Shown here piece by piece: positions 40,845 to 59,066 of a DNA stretch of 64,000 nt (position 1 is its first letter; each line of letters opens with the position of its first letter). Both the position numbers and the translations under genes were made by a program. Source of the stretch: Eledone cirrhosa (taxonomy: Eukaryota); NCBI GenBank assembly GCA_964016885.1, contig OZ024754.1:45136001-45200000 (forward strand). The letters run 5' to 3'. The notes beneath the pieces are model-generated. The model was not told the origin of the DNA. It ran no database searches and worked only from the letters and a program-made list of their open reading frames with translations.

Positions 40845-41170
40845 GTGTATATATATATATATATGTATGTATGTATGTGTATATATATATATGTATATAT
40901 ATGTATGTATGTATGTGTATATATATATATATATGTATGTATGTATGTGTATATATATATATGTATATATATGTATGTATGTATGTGTATATATATATAT
41001 GTATATATATGTATATATATATGTATATATATGTATATATATGTGTATATATATGTATATATATATGTATATATATGTGTGTATATATGTATATATATAT
41101 GTATATATATGTGTGTATATATGTGTGTATATATATATATATATATACATAAACATATATATATATACAT
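39095..41170. repeat. 2.1-kb interrupted (TA)n/(TATG)n array
   Basis: Visible directly in the sequence. Confidence 0.97.
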
Positions 41171-43177
41171 CCATGTATATATATTGTTTCTATAAATCTA
41201 TTTGTTCCCCCAAGAAATAAATGTTCTGTCGCATTTACCATACCAAATTATGAATGACTGAATACTATATGTATGTATAGACATATATTCACGCACATAT
41301 ATGTCTATATATTTGTTTGTAGATATTTATGTGTGTACATCTAATAAAATTCTTGCAATATGTTTTCTGTTTGTTTGTATGTATGTATGCATGTATATAT
41401 ATATATGTGTGTGTGTGTGCATATATTTAAGTATGCATGTAGGTTTCTATGTATATATGCATGTTTTAATGTATGTTGTATGCTTCTATATACGTACATA
41501 AGTAAATATTGATGTATGTATGCATGTAAGTATTTATGCCTGTATGTATCCATATATGCATATATGAATGTATACTTGTATGTATGTATGTATGTATGTA
41601 TGCATGTATGTACGTATGTATGTATGAAAATATGGATGAAAAATATGGATGCATGTATTACATGAACATATATATGTGCGAGTGTATTTTAATGACAATC
41701 TATAAAATCAATGATTGAATACATGACCATTTAGTCCTGAATTTTCAATAAGTTAAGCATGGGGAAAAAACCTTTAAAGCTGAATGTCATAGTGACATTT
41801 ACAGAAAAATGTTTAATGAATTTAAAATAATAGACCAATCATATTTCGCATTTGTATTCACTGCAGTAGAAAACAGTTTTCAAAATACCTTTCCTAGTTT
41901 GATAATCTTATTTTTCGGACTGCAAACTTCTGGTTATTTTGATTTCTTCTACTTCATATTTTAATTTCTTCTATTTTCAGATAGAAGAATACAGCTGAAC
42001 TAATAATTTAGATCCAACATTATCTATTATTCTATGATGTCGTTTATCTAGTTATTGAAATATATTTTCTATAATGAGGAAAGTATTTTTGAATGCTTAT
42101 TTCTATAGTATAATATCTGTTTTGTAAATGTATAGTTTAAATATGAAACTTTATATAAAAAAGATAGTGATGAAGAGAAAAGTTATATGCTTTAAGTTGG
42201 TTTACATTTTCTCTTTTATCTCTCTACATATTGGTGAATATTGGTATTTGTTCTTATTTTGAGGAATTCTTCAATTTAAATAATTCTTTAATTGCAAGAA
42301 TTGCATAACAAATAATTTTAATATCGAGATATATAAGCACGAACCTGCAAGAAATCCACACAAATACACACACGCACACGCACACGCACACGCACACGCA
42401 CACGCGCACGCGCATACATATATATATATATATATATATATAAACACCTTTGCAAATATATAAACAAGCATCCGGTTATTGAACCAACTAATCAAACATT
42501 TGTAATACATTGAAGTGAATATCAAGAGGTGCGTGTTTTTTTGTTGGCAGCATGAACCTCCAAAAGTATAACAATATATATGTTTCAACACACGTTTTCA
42601 GATATACATACATATGCAATATATAGACGTATAGTTGTATTACTAAATACGATACATTGATAGATAATTAGATAGATGGAGGTGTGTGAATGGTAGGGGT
42701 TTGAACAAAACAGGGAAAGCATATTGTGAGAGATAAATTAATATATATATATGAGAGAGAGAGAGAGGGAGAGAGAGAGAGAGAGGGAGAGAGAGAGAGA
42801 TGTATGTAGATGCATATGCCTATATAGAAACAAGAGACTAGTCCACAAAAATGAAGAACAAATCAATTTTCTCAACTCTATAAGAATTAATTGTGTAGTT
42901 TTCCCTTAATTGTATATATATATATATATATATATTGCCTGAATTACTGCTATGATTCATAGTAGTATTTTGGCTACTGTCTTTTTAACACCCCACTCCT
43001 CACTGATTAACCTCGATGTCACGTGATTGTTTCTTTTGAATTTGCCACTGACCGGGAAGGTAGTGAAATTTTCAGTGTCTTGAAATTTAGTCCGCGCTTG
43101 TTCTTTTCCATTCACTGAATTATTTTTGTTTGACATCCCTGTGTCCGCCTATCGCCTGGGATCATAGCAGAGAATTG

Positions 43178-43255
43178 ACTCCCTGATGAAGAAAATAATT
43201 CTCCATAGCTTTGAACACTATGTATATCCCCTTTCAGAAACTAATTAGTTGGAGT
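43178..43255 (+). ncRNA. Type I hammerhead with long, decayed stem II
   Basis: ACTCC-CTGATGA-(47 nt)-GAAA-CTAATTAG-TT-GGAGT: 5-bp stem I, palindromic stem III, GUU triplet; the first stem II pair is A.A. Confidence 0.6.
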
Positions 43256-43719
43256 GAAACTTAAGTAAGTAACTTAATTATTATAATTTTCTTATTTTAC
43301 GTCTTTCAAATAATTGTTCTACATTTTTGTATTGAACCAGAAAATTACTAACACAAAACCTATATCTTTCTAGCATAAGTATACTTCTGTATAAATATGT
43401 TGGTAGATATACTAATTCTTTATATATATATATATATACATATTTGTGTGTGTGTGGGTTTATGTATATATGTTTGTATGTGTGAATGCATATATATATT
43501 CATTTTGAAATATATGTGTGTCAGCTCGACTATTCATGTATATATTCAAACTATCAAATATATTTTATTCCCCGGGACAGTTATGCGGGTATAGAACATA
43601 AAGAAAAAATATAATAATGTAATTCTTAGGAGTAAAATGATTATATATATATATATAGAGGGAGGGAGGGGGAGATAGCCATACATACATACAGAAATAA
43701 ATAAATATATACATACATA

Positions 43720-44035
43720 TATTATATTATATATACACATATATTATATTATATATACACATATATATATATATATATACACATATATATATATATATAC
43801 ACATATATATATATACACATATATATATATATATATACACATATATATATATATATACACACATATATATATATATACACATATATATATATATATACAC
43901 ACATATATATATATATACACATATATATATATATATATACGCATATATATATATATACGCATATATATATATATACGCATATATATATATATATACACAT
44001 ATATATATATATACACATATATATATACACATATA

Positions 44036-44091
<56 letters not shown>

Positions 44092-44102
44092 TATATATAT
44101 AT

Positions 44103-44141
<39 letters not shown>

Positions 44142-44156
44142 TATATATATATACAC

Positions 44157-44243
<87 letters not shown>

Positions 44244-44295
44244 TATATATATATATATATATATGTATACACATATATATATATATATATATAAA
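43720..44295. repeat. (TA)n array interrupted by CAC/CGC
   Basis: Visible directly; interruptions have the opposite strand polarity to the neighbouring TATG arrays. Confidence 0.95.
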
Positions 44296-44961
44296 TACAT
44301 TTTTTAAAATTCCCTTACGATATTATTTTTCTTGAAATGATTAAGGAAAATTCATATACATAATAGAAAAGTACGATTTCAATTTTATCTGAAAGTTCCT
44401 CAGTCACAGATTGTCCCATAGGAGGGCAATTTTACTTGGAGATAAATTATAGCCAATTATATTTAGAATGGTTTTATCTCGCATTTTCCCCCTCTATTAC
44501 ACAACAATCTAATAAATAACTCTCTATGTTCTCGATTTCTTAGTCTTTATTCTGGTAGAGAGACCTCGACGGAGGAAGACTATTTCTATTGTGTAAACTT
44601 AGCTATTTTTCTGAGGTATAATTTCAGTAACCATTTAAATATACAGAAGAAAAAACATTTAGTGATATCTATAGCCATACGTATACTCAGAATGTTTAAA
44701 ATTTTAAAAATAAATTATTAAAAAAATCACTATATATATTTCTCAATCTTTCTTACTCCCTCCCCCTACCCAGCTCTCTCACTAACATTCTCTGTCTCTA
44801 TATATATATATATATATACACACATATTTATATATATGTATATATATATATATATATATATACGTGTGTGTATGTGTATGGATATGTGTGTGGATATATA
44901 TCAGACTTATACATATATTCGAATAGATATATGTATGTCAATATCTATCTATCTATCTATC

Positions 44962-45009
<48 letters not shown>

Positions 45010-45391
45010 TATATTTTATATATATAATAGATAGAGAGATTCAATCACACCACACACATACACATATATATTCCACCAGTTATATCTTGAGCTCTCTCAG
45101 TATATATATAGTTTCAGAAGATCCCGTTAAATATAGTCAGATATAGATATATTAATATATTAAATGGGCCTAAAGTGGGATGGAGATGGCAGCGTCAACT
45201 AATCGAGTACTTATAAGGAACAAATTATGGAAGACGGAATGTGAAAGAGTTTCCTTACAGTTAGAATAAATAGAGATTGAAATTCAAAGAATTAAAGGGA
45301 GAGAAGTCTAGGGAAATGGATTGACAAAATAATATGAATAGAAATATAGATTGAAACTAAACAGATTTTGCTGAGTCCTTATATGTAGCAT

Positions 45392-45448
<57 letters not shown>

Positions 45449-47557
45449 ATACATACATATACTCCATTATTTTTCAGTTTTTACTTTGTATACCTGATAT
45501 TTTAGAAAAACACTAATTTCATGTACACTTTTTAAGCCTCAATTCTGAAACACGCTTCTGAAAGAAAGCTAGCCAAGTATGGTAATTTATTTAAAAAAAT
45601 ATTTCTCTTTTTTTTTTCAAATGCCGAAAATAATAGTGTTCGACAAAGACACACACATACAGAAACACATACATATTCACATACGCACAAATACACACAA
45701 TCATATATATACATATATATATATATGTGTGTGTGTGTGAGTGTATATATGTTTTTATGTAGGTATGTGTGTACGTGCGTATACGGATATATATATCTAT
45801 ATGTATTTCTGTGTGTGTGTGTGTAAATATATGCCAAATATAAAAATTGCTGTCGTCATTAGTTTGCCTTCACATTCTTGTAAATTATACGTTGTAGAAG
45901 GGAAACAACAAACATATGTTCAACAATCTCCTAGTCACAAATGGACAGACTCATATGAATTAAATCATACTTATGCCGCTATATCTAAGTGCGTATGTAT
46001 TAAGTGTTTGTGTGTTTGCTTGTGGATTTGATTTAGTGTGGGTTGTCATTATTTGGTTACTGTTCTTTGTATGTATTTTTGCGTTTCAGAAATTATCTTC
46101 GAACTAAAGTGGTAGAATGTTCGATCAAGACATATTTTGAAAATTTCAGCTACCTTAGCTTCTCTAAGAATACTTGCCGGATGAATTAGTGAATTCTACA
46201 AATATTGGTTTTTTCCAATAATTGCTTCTTGTGTCTGATGTTTTTCTCAATTAGTCTTTTAGCACTAGATCAGACTTATGGAGCTATACGTGTTTTGATA
46301 GTTACTCAAACCAAGGTTTATATAAATGTCGTGGCAAGTATGTTATTCTGGGTGATATTGGATGGTAATATGGCTGCTGATTATAGAAATCTGAGGACGA
46401 AGCACCAAATAATGACCTTCTTGACTCCATACCTAGTTTGAGGTCTATGGTTTCGGCTGGGTAGATTTAATTTAATTTTCTGTTGTATTTTTATATGTAT
46501 TGCTTATATGCTGTATGAATTGTTTCTGTACATGGAAATGGACATAGCAACGACCCATACTTCGAAGAATTTGGTAACTATCGTTAATGGCATGCTGAGC
46601 AACGTTTATTTAGTGTTGTTTGTATTTCTTACGATTATGTATAAATTTGTGATATTTGATTCAGTGTTCAAGTAAATTTTTTGTTTATCATTAACATTAT
46701 ACTAACTGGATACGACTTCATTGACGTTAGCTGTAAAGACGTGGCTGACAGTTATGGTAATATATATTCATGGACGAGGCTGCATCACAATTTTCATATC
46801 TTCGTTATGGCCAACTGAAACATTCACGATATACTATGTCTACTGAATAATATTACAGATAAATACGTTATTTCTTATATCAATAACGCAGCATCATTAA
46901 ACAGTATTTGGTATTTTCTTAAATTACAGATTTCTAAGAAAGCTGGTTTTGTGTAGCAGGTATGAATTCCAAGAATCGGTTTTAAGCCACATTATAGATT
47001 CTGTTTCTACTTGAAATACACTTGTATTTATCTTCCCTGAGATATAAGTATGGAAACCCTTCACATGCACTCACTTTATAATAGTGATTCTATTATACTT
47101 TTACAATTTCATTGCTGTATTTCTCGTTCTATTCGAGGATTCAATTACAACATACTTTAGGTCTATGTTAATTCCACTTAGAAAGATAGATCTAGCCCGT
47201 CATTTGTAGTACTGTCAGGAATAGATGCATATTAATTACTTTATAGAAATAAATTATATCGACTATATAACTGACACATTAGATTATGATAATGTAATAT
47301 ATGTATATATATAATATATATGTATATATATAATATATATTATATATATATATATACAATTACAAGAAACGAAGCAGGCTATGTGGTTACTGTAACCAAA
47401 CTTTAAGATGGTAATATGGACGAAACAAGAGAAGAAACCCTTCGTCAGCTGTTAACTGCAGATCATAGATGTTTCGGCGCTTAAAATAGGACTAGTATCA
47501 CCACCAGTAATTTTCTGAATCATGTATACTCTGTCTATATATATATATTTATATGCA

Positions 47558-47667
<110 letters not shown>

Positions 47668-47804
47668 CACGCATACACACACGCATACACGCATACACAC
47701 ACGCATACACGCATACACACACGCATACACGCATACACACACACATACACACACACACATACGTATATATCGGTGTGTATGTGTACAGGATATTAAATAC
47801 ATAT

Positions 47805-48055
47805 CCATATGGAAACATCTTAGTGAAAAGGCGTGAAAATTATAGTAGAGATTATGAATAAACATATCAATGAAATCTATTCACTTCCATATAAAGTATG
47901 ATCAACTTATTATTTGACCCTCACAAGGAAGAATCTCCCAGCTCTGTATGGCTGCAACATTAGGTGCTTCATAACGATAAAACACTTCACCTTTAACAGA
48001 GATAGAGTAATGTGACAGGTACTTACACATTGAAGTTTAAAGAAAATGACAGATT
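47805..48055 (-). mobile_element. Decayed Ty3/Gypsy pol (RT C-terminus/connection) fragment
   Basis: CHFL*TSMCKYLSHYSISVKGEVFYRYEAPNVAAIQSWEILP matches KC.F....V.YLGH.IS..G...P.KV.AI..W..P, followed by FIHN and DVSIW remnants. Confidence 0.7.
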
Positions 48056-48760
48056 ATCATCATTTCTGCAAACATATTAAATTTGGAAAAAACAGAAAAG
48101 GAATAAAGAAATTTAAATTTGAATAATGATATAAAATATACAGTATATTATTAAACAGATTTTTAATGGAATGAATCAAATGTATTTGTAATAGGATAAA
48201 TATGAAGAAATTGTTGAAAAAATATTCAAGGATAAAATGAAAAGTAATTCAAATGAAAACAGGATGGTTTGATTGAGAGAAATTAATAAAAGCGAAAAAC
48301 GAAAGAACATAAAAAGAAAATAGAAAAACAAATTTGAATAAGGGGAAAAAGTACGAAGTAAATAAAAAAAAAGATTGAGGTTTGATATAAATTATAAAAA
48401 TTTAAAACAAACACGACAATTTTGAATTAAGAGCAGAATTTTAAATTTTACAGAACATAATTCTTATAGAAAAAAAAAAACGAAAAAACAAACATGTAAT
48501 GAACCTAATTTAAAATGAAAACCAACAGAAAAAGAAACACATCATTATCGAGCGCTAAAAAAATTATTATTAATATAAATGTTGGTGTTGTGTATATTTT
48601 AGTTGATATTTAATGTATTTATACGGCTTACTGCTTAATATTTTGATAGCTGATGAATACATTCAACATATTTTATAATCAGCAGTCAAACATTACATTA
48701 TAATACGGTTAAAAATAGGAGTAAAATAAATATCATTTTCAAACATTATTAATAAAAATG

Positions 48761-48948
48761 ATGGATTGGCAGTATCGGTAGAGGGTCGGACGCCATGCTT
48801 TGACGCATTGAGTTACGGCCCTTGCTATTCTAAGTTCAAATCCCGCCGAGGTTAACTTTGCCTTTCATCCTTACGAGGTCGATAAAATAAAGTACCAGTA
48901 ATGCACTGGATAATTGCTGGCCTTGTGCCAAAAGTAGAAACAATTATT
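48761..48948 (+). mobile_element. Nin/Deu SINE subfamily A, near full length with 18-bp TSD
   Basis: Perfect TSD ATTATTAATAAAAATGAT at 48745-48762 and 48943-48960. Confidence 0.95.
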
Positions 48949-49092
48949 AATAAAAATGATTATACTAATACTGCTGCTGCTTCTGCTGCTGCTTCTGCTC
49001 CTGCTACTATTACTACTACTACTACTACTAATGTTGCTGCTGGAAAACTAATTATTCTTCCCTCTTTCTTTTGTTCTCCTCTTTGTCATAGT

Positions 49093-49437
49093 TCTTCTTC
49101 TTCTTCTTTTCTTTTTCTTTTTCTTTTTCTTTTTCTTCTTTTTTTTCTTTTTCTTCTTTTTCTTTTTCTTCTTTTTCTTCTTTTTCTTTTTCTTCTTTTT
49201 TCTTCTTTTTCTTTTCTCTTCTTTTTCTCTTCTTTTCTCTTCTTCTTTTCTCTTTTCTCTTTTTCTTCTTTTCTCTTCTTCTTCTTTTCTCTTTTCTTTT
49301 TCTGTTTTTTTTTCTTTTTCTTCTTTTTCTGTTTTTTCTTCTTTTTCTTTTTTTTTCTTTTTTTCTTTTTTTTCTTTTTCTTCTTTTTCTTCGTCTTTCT
49401 TCTTTCTTCTTTTTCTTCGTTTTTCTTCTTTTTCTTC
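49093..49437. repeat. ~345-bp polypyrimidine tract (CTT/CTTTT-type)
   Basis: Almost exclusively C/T on the + strand. Confidence 0.95.
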
Positions 49438-49897
49438 AGTACGTCCTACAAAAAATATACTTTTCAATTCCTCCCTCACTCCGTTCATTCAGCCTACCCA
49501 GTGCGTATTTCACTCCCACAGACATACACAGCCAACAAGCCGCTTGTTCGTGTCAAGGAACACTGCGACTATATCAATTAATATATCTAAGGAATATTGG
49601 AGAAAATTAATTAATCTAGGAAGACCTTAATTAATTAACTGTTATCTCAAACTACACCCCCACACACAACTTATCAATTTCTAACTATCATAATCGCACA
49701 ATAATCCGCACTATAATCTTGTATAAATAGGACACGCGTGCATGCCTCACGCGTGACTGTTGCATACACTGGCTGCTCCAAACTTACCTCTTGCTTTACC
49801 TTCGTAAACTGTCAATGTTTTATTTTAATTTTAATTTTATCCTTTAATATGACTGTAATCTTTGTATGTAAATTGCCATGCTATATTATTATAATGG

Positions 49898-52625
<2,728 letters not shown>

Positions 52626-52725
52626 AAAACAAATAACGAAACGAATTAAATTTCGTTTCGTTTGTAACTCACTTTTGTATGACTGACGCTTAAAGACTGA
52701 CGCTAGAGAAGCCGGAAGATAGGTA

Positions 52726-52770
52726 AATATTGCTGATGAGATGTAACAACATCGAAACTAGTCCAATATT
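52726..52770 (+). ncRNA. Minimal type I hammerhead ribozyme, fully canonical
   Basis: AATATTG-CTGATGA-GATGT(AACA)ACATC-GAAA-CTAG-TC-CAATATT: 7-bp stem I, 5-bp stem II opening with G-C, palindromic ACTAGT stem III, GUC site (predicted cleavage after 52763). Confidence 0.88.
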
Positions 52771-52990
52771 CCTTGTCTGGCTTTCTGGAGAATAGAGGAA
52801 AGGTGTTTCCTCAAAAACCAGTATGACTCTAAGAACCGGTTTGTCTGTGTGTTTACATACAGAATAGCTGGACACTCACAGTAAAGTGACCAGTGAAAAC
52901 TCGGTACATCTACATATGTACACGTGTGTGTATTCATATGCATACTAGTATTTCAGTATACATATGTGGATGTACATTTTTAACTTAATT

Positions 52991-52991
52991 G

Positions 52992-53025
<34 letters not shown>

Positions 53026-53141
53026 TGTATATATATGTATATATATATATATGTATATATATGTATATATATATATATGTATATATATGTATATATATAT
53101 ATATGTATATATATGTATATATATATATATGTATATATATG

Positions 53142-53172
<31 letters not shown>

Positions 53173-53409
53173 GTATATATATGTATATATATATATATGT
53201 ATATATATGTATATATATGTATATATATATATATGTATATATATGTATATATATATATATGTATATATATGTATATATATATGTATATATATATATATGT
53301 ATATATATGTATATATATATATATGTATATATATATGTATATATATATATATATGTGTATATATATGTGTATATATATGTGTATATATATATGTATATAT
53401 ATATATATG

Positions 53410-53474
<65 letters not shown>

Positions 53475-53557
53475 GTATATATATATATGTATATATATAT
53501 ATATGTATATATATATATGTATATATATATATGTATATATATATGTATATATATATG

Positions 53558-53588
<31 letters not shown>

Positions 53589-53639
53589 GTATATATATAT
53601 ATGTATGTATGTATGTATATGTATGTATGTATATGTATG

Positions 53640-53678
<39 letters not shown>

Positions 53679-53714
53679 GTATGTATATGTATGTATATAT
53701 ATATGTATATATGT
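52991..53714. repeat. Interrupted (TA)n/(TATG)n array
   Basis: Visible directly in the sequence. Confidence 0.97.
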
Positions 53715-54035
53715 ATGTTGACTTGTTCTTCTTTTTGGTAAATATTATCTTGGTTAAGAGAGTGGGACTGGCTTTGTGCAGTGCCTTTGCTCACTATAAA
53801 AGCTTCACGGCACAGGCATTGCTTTATATCTGGAGATCTCTGATCTCTCTGCACTTGTCGTCACATGGTACCATGGGCCCAGCACTATGTGTCAATAATT
53901 GTCACAGGTGTAGTGTTTGTACCAGAGTTTTCAAGTCGTTGGACTAAAAAGTCACACTCGTTCAGCGCATTGGTAGGGGTTCTCCTACATGGATATAAAG
54001 TAGTGGCCGTACTCGAAAACGAGTTGGCAGCCACC

Positions 54036-54036
<1 letters not shown>
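53715..54036 (+). mobile_element. Second, 5'-truncated copy of the RTE derivative (3' module)
   Basis: Near-identical to 35424-35742, with a 7-bp GATCTCT duplication and a 4-bp deletion that breaks the zinc-finger frame; same ACTCGAAAACGAGT stem-loop. Confidence 0.88.
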
Positions 54037-55850
<1,814 letters not shown>

Positions 55851-55855
<5 letters not shown>

Positions 55856-56135
55856 ATAAAATAATGAATAAACAAAGAAACAGTTCGTTATATTAAAAAA
55901 AATTCATCATTTTACGATCGTTTCTCGGATATATATGTGTTAGAGTTGGTATACATATTCTATAGATCTATGTACAATATTTATACCAACTATCAGAGGG
56001 AATATTTATACAAACTATCACGGGGAATATACATACCTAAAGTAGTTTTTGAATGCATCTTCTCTTTTCATGATATCCGGATTACATTGAGTTCTTCATA
56101 CGGATTGGACACTACCGTAAACTTTTGGTAGATTT
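55851..56135 (+). repeat. ~285-bp unit, copy 1 (duplicated at 56884-57155)
   Basis: Shares TTCATCATTTTACGATC and GAATGCATCTTCT...GGATTACATTGAGTTCTTCATA.GGATTGGACACTACCGTA...TTTTGGTAGATTTA with copy 2. Confidence 0.9.
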
Positions 56136-56194
56136 ATATACATATATATATATATATAGTCATTCCATTACACCAAACTTTTCAGCCAAACTTC

Positions 56195-56230
<36 letters not shown>

Positions 56231-56244
56231 GAAGTCGACAAATT

Positions 56245-56385
56245 TAGCCCTTTAAGTTACAGATGCAACTCATTTTTGTCAGCTGAGCGTACTGGAGCAA
56301 CAAAAACTAAAGTATCTTGCTCAAGGACAACAGGCGAGAAACAGAAAAATCATAACATTACAGTTGTGAGCCAAACACCCAACAT
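56245..56385 (-). mobile_element. Degenerate Meta/MESC-type tRNA SINE
   Basis: rc TGTCCTTGAGCAAGATACTTTA...TGCTCCAGTACGCTCAGCTGACAAAAATGAGT, resembling molluscan SINE central domains. Confidence 0.6.
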
Positions 56386-56392
56386 GCGCACA

Positions 56393-56506
56393 CACACTCA
56401 CTCACTCACTCACTCACTCACTCACTCACTCACTCACTCACTCACTCACTCACTCACTCACTCACTCACTCACTCACTCACTCACTCACTCACTCACTCA
56501 CTCACT
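56393..56506. repeat. (CACT)n microsatellite
   Basis: Visible directly in the sequence. Confidence 0.97.
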
Positions 56507-56840
56507 GCGTGTGTGTGTCCGCGATGCAATGTAAAGAATTGTCGTTGACATCGGTTTTCTACATTGCCTTGTTACTATGTCAGTGTTGCTTGTGAGCGTT
56601 TGAGTTGTTGCCTGTAGAATGTAATATATTTTACTTTAGATGAGAGAGAACCTTATAGAATACAGCCAGCAACAGGTAATATCATAGAAGAGGTTGTTTT
56701 ATTACGTCTATAGCGACAACAGTGGCTTTTATAGGGTCGAATCTAATCGTATTGAAGCAGAAACATAATATATCATAGATACATATTGAATTACTTGTGC
56801 ATACTATGTACAAAACAATAAGACACACTTACACATACAC

Positions 56841-56883
<43 letters not shown>

Positions 56884-56886
<3 letters not shown>

Positions 56887-57155
56887 AATTAATAAAAACA
56901 ATGAATAAAAACAAAGAAGAATTTCCTTATATTTAAAATTTCATCATTTTACGATCATTTCTAGGATATATATGTGTCTTGGTATGTATATCATATAGAT
57001 CCATGTAAAAATATTGTTTTTATTAATTTATCTTGACTCTGTTTTCCTATGATTTTCATCGAAAATTTCTGAATGCATCTTCTGTTTTCATGATATTTGG
57101 ATTACATTGAGTTCTTCATATGGATTGGACACTACCGTATATTTTGGTAGATTTA
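56884..57155 (+). repeat. ~270-bp unit, copy 2
   Basis: Collinear with 55851-56135 except for a divergent middle. Confidence 0.9.
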
Positions 57156-57168
57156 TCATTTATCTACA

Positions 57169-57219
<51 letters not shown>

Positions 57220-57259
57220 CAGGCACACATTCTCACACACATATATATATACAAACATA

Positions 57260-57311
<52 letters not shown>

Positions 57312-57600
57312 GGTGGGGTAAAGTGAATTTGAAATTTGGAATTGTGTAACAATAAAACAATGCATGTTAATAAAAGAATATATATATATTTCGTTTCTGA
57401 ATTTGTTTAGCAAGATTCTTTATTTGAAAACCTGTGTTGAAACCGATATTTTTATGCTTTGGGAGGGTCATGTTGCCAATAAGAAACACACGCACCAGTG
57501 GTTTCACTTTAATTTATTATAAATTAAATTTATAAATTTAGGAATTTATAAATTTCTGGTTGGTTGGTTGGTTCCACAACAAGACGATTGTTCATATATT

Positions 57601-57643
57601 GTCAAAGTTTTTTCGTCACACATTCTGTGACCTCTTCATTGAC
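57601..57643 (-). ncRNA. Inactivated minimal hammerhead
   Basis: rc GTCA-ATGAAGA-G-GTCAC(AGAATGT)GTGAC-GAAA-AAAC-TT-TGAC: stems I and II pair, but core C3 is changed to A. Confidence 0.5.
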
Positions 57644-58760
57644 TGGGGATTCTTTTCTTTGTTTTAGTGCTTCTCCTTTGTTCTGTCCTACGCCATCTTA
57701 TTTTGTGTGTTGTGTGCTTAGTTTGCGCATGTGTTACATCCGGGTGTCTGTGTGTGTTTATATTTGTTTATTTATTTGTTTATTTACATGTTACTGGTTG
57801 GTTGTTTGTTCTATGTGTGTGTGTGTGTTTTCATTTTGTCTTTAATTGTAAGTTGTGATGTTGTTATTCCATTTATGTTTTCTATTTCATTTTGGGTGGA
57901 GTTCATTTATGTTTATTGCCTCTGTGATTTGTTTAAACATTGCGTCTTTTCTGTGTGTATATTCTATTTTTATTTCTATTATATATATATATATGTATGC
58001 ATATATGTATGTATGTATATATCTATATATATTCTATATATATATATATATAAATATGTATGTATGTATCTCTCTCTCTCTCTCTCTAATATATAGATAT
58101 AGATATATATATAGAGAGAAAATAAATATGTATAAGGATGTGGACTTAGACATCCATTTTATGTATTTTTATGCATTACTAGTTTGTGCTTGCGCGTGGG
58201 GACATGTTTTATATAACAAGCCTCATCCCTAATACGCTTGTGGACAATTGATAGTATATCTGAAAGCGGCTTCAGAAACAATACAGTAAGTATACTTTGG
58301 GAGAAGAAAGAATCAAACAGATATTAATATAAAGCAACAATTTGCCCCAACATACATGTGTATACATTGAAATCCAACCAACATTCATAAATAATAATAG
58401 GAAATCGATAAATACTACAAAAACCTTTAACACAATGGTGAAAACATTAGAAAATCACCCGATCATAGAAATATCGTAAATTGTTGAAAAGCTTTGCTTA
58501 CTCCGAGCTTTGACACATATATAATGTAATAAGGATCCCGCTTAGATCTCTGCATGAGGTTTGAAAACAGTAATTAATTAGATCTATCAATAAGAATCTA
58601 TAGAAACGTGCTTGTTATATATATATATATATAATATATATATATATATATAAAAATATGGATGTATGTATAGGTATATATATATGTATGTATATATATA
58701 TATACATTTACATGTTTATGTTTTTGCGGGTCAGAAGGCTCTCTCTCTATCTCTCTTTCT

Positions 58761-58801
<41 letters not shown>

Positions 58802-59010
58802 GAAAAAACAGTGATATCAGCATCTGTGTAGAACAACATATAAAAACTCACAATGACACACATGCAAACACATTTCTTTTTTGCTCGAAAATCTTTAAAA
58901 TCATGTGATGTGTAGCGGGATCTATGGAAATACGCATATTACACACACATACACACAATCACAGACGCATGTACACACACAGACATACATACATATATCC
59001 ACACACACAT

Positions 59011-59066
<56 letters not shown>

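Noticed and set aside
46020-47260. Possible decayed Penelope RT on the minus strand
   Set aside because: Only a vague SMYRN/LYTNI-like similarity; the other RT motifs were not found.
47437-47480. Permuted (type II-like) hammerhead on the minus strand: GAAACATCTATG..CTG/CAG-CTGACGA
   Set aside because: Requires a U16.1>A change and has only a 3-bp stem I and a 2-bp stem II; too weak to call.
48901-49581. Phe-rich (+) and Lys/Glu/Arg-rich (-) ORFs
   Set aside because: The + ORF starts inside a SINE tail, and both run through the polypyrimidine tract; low-complexity artefacts.
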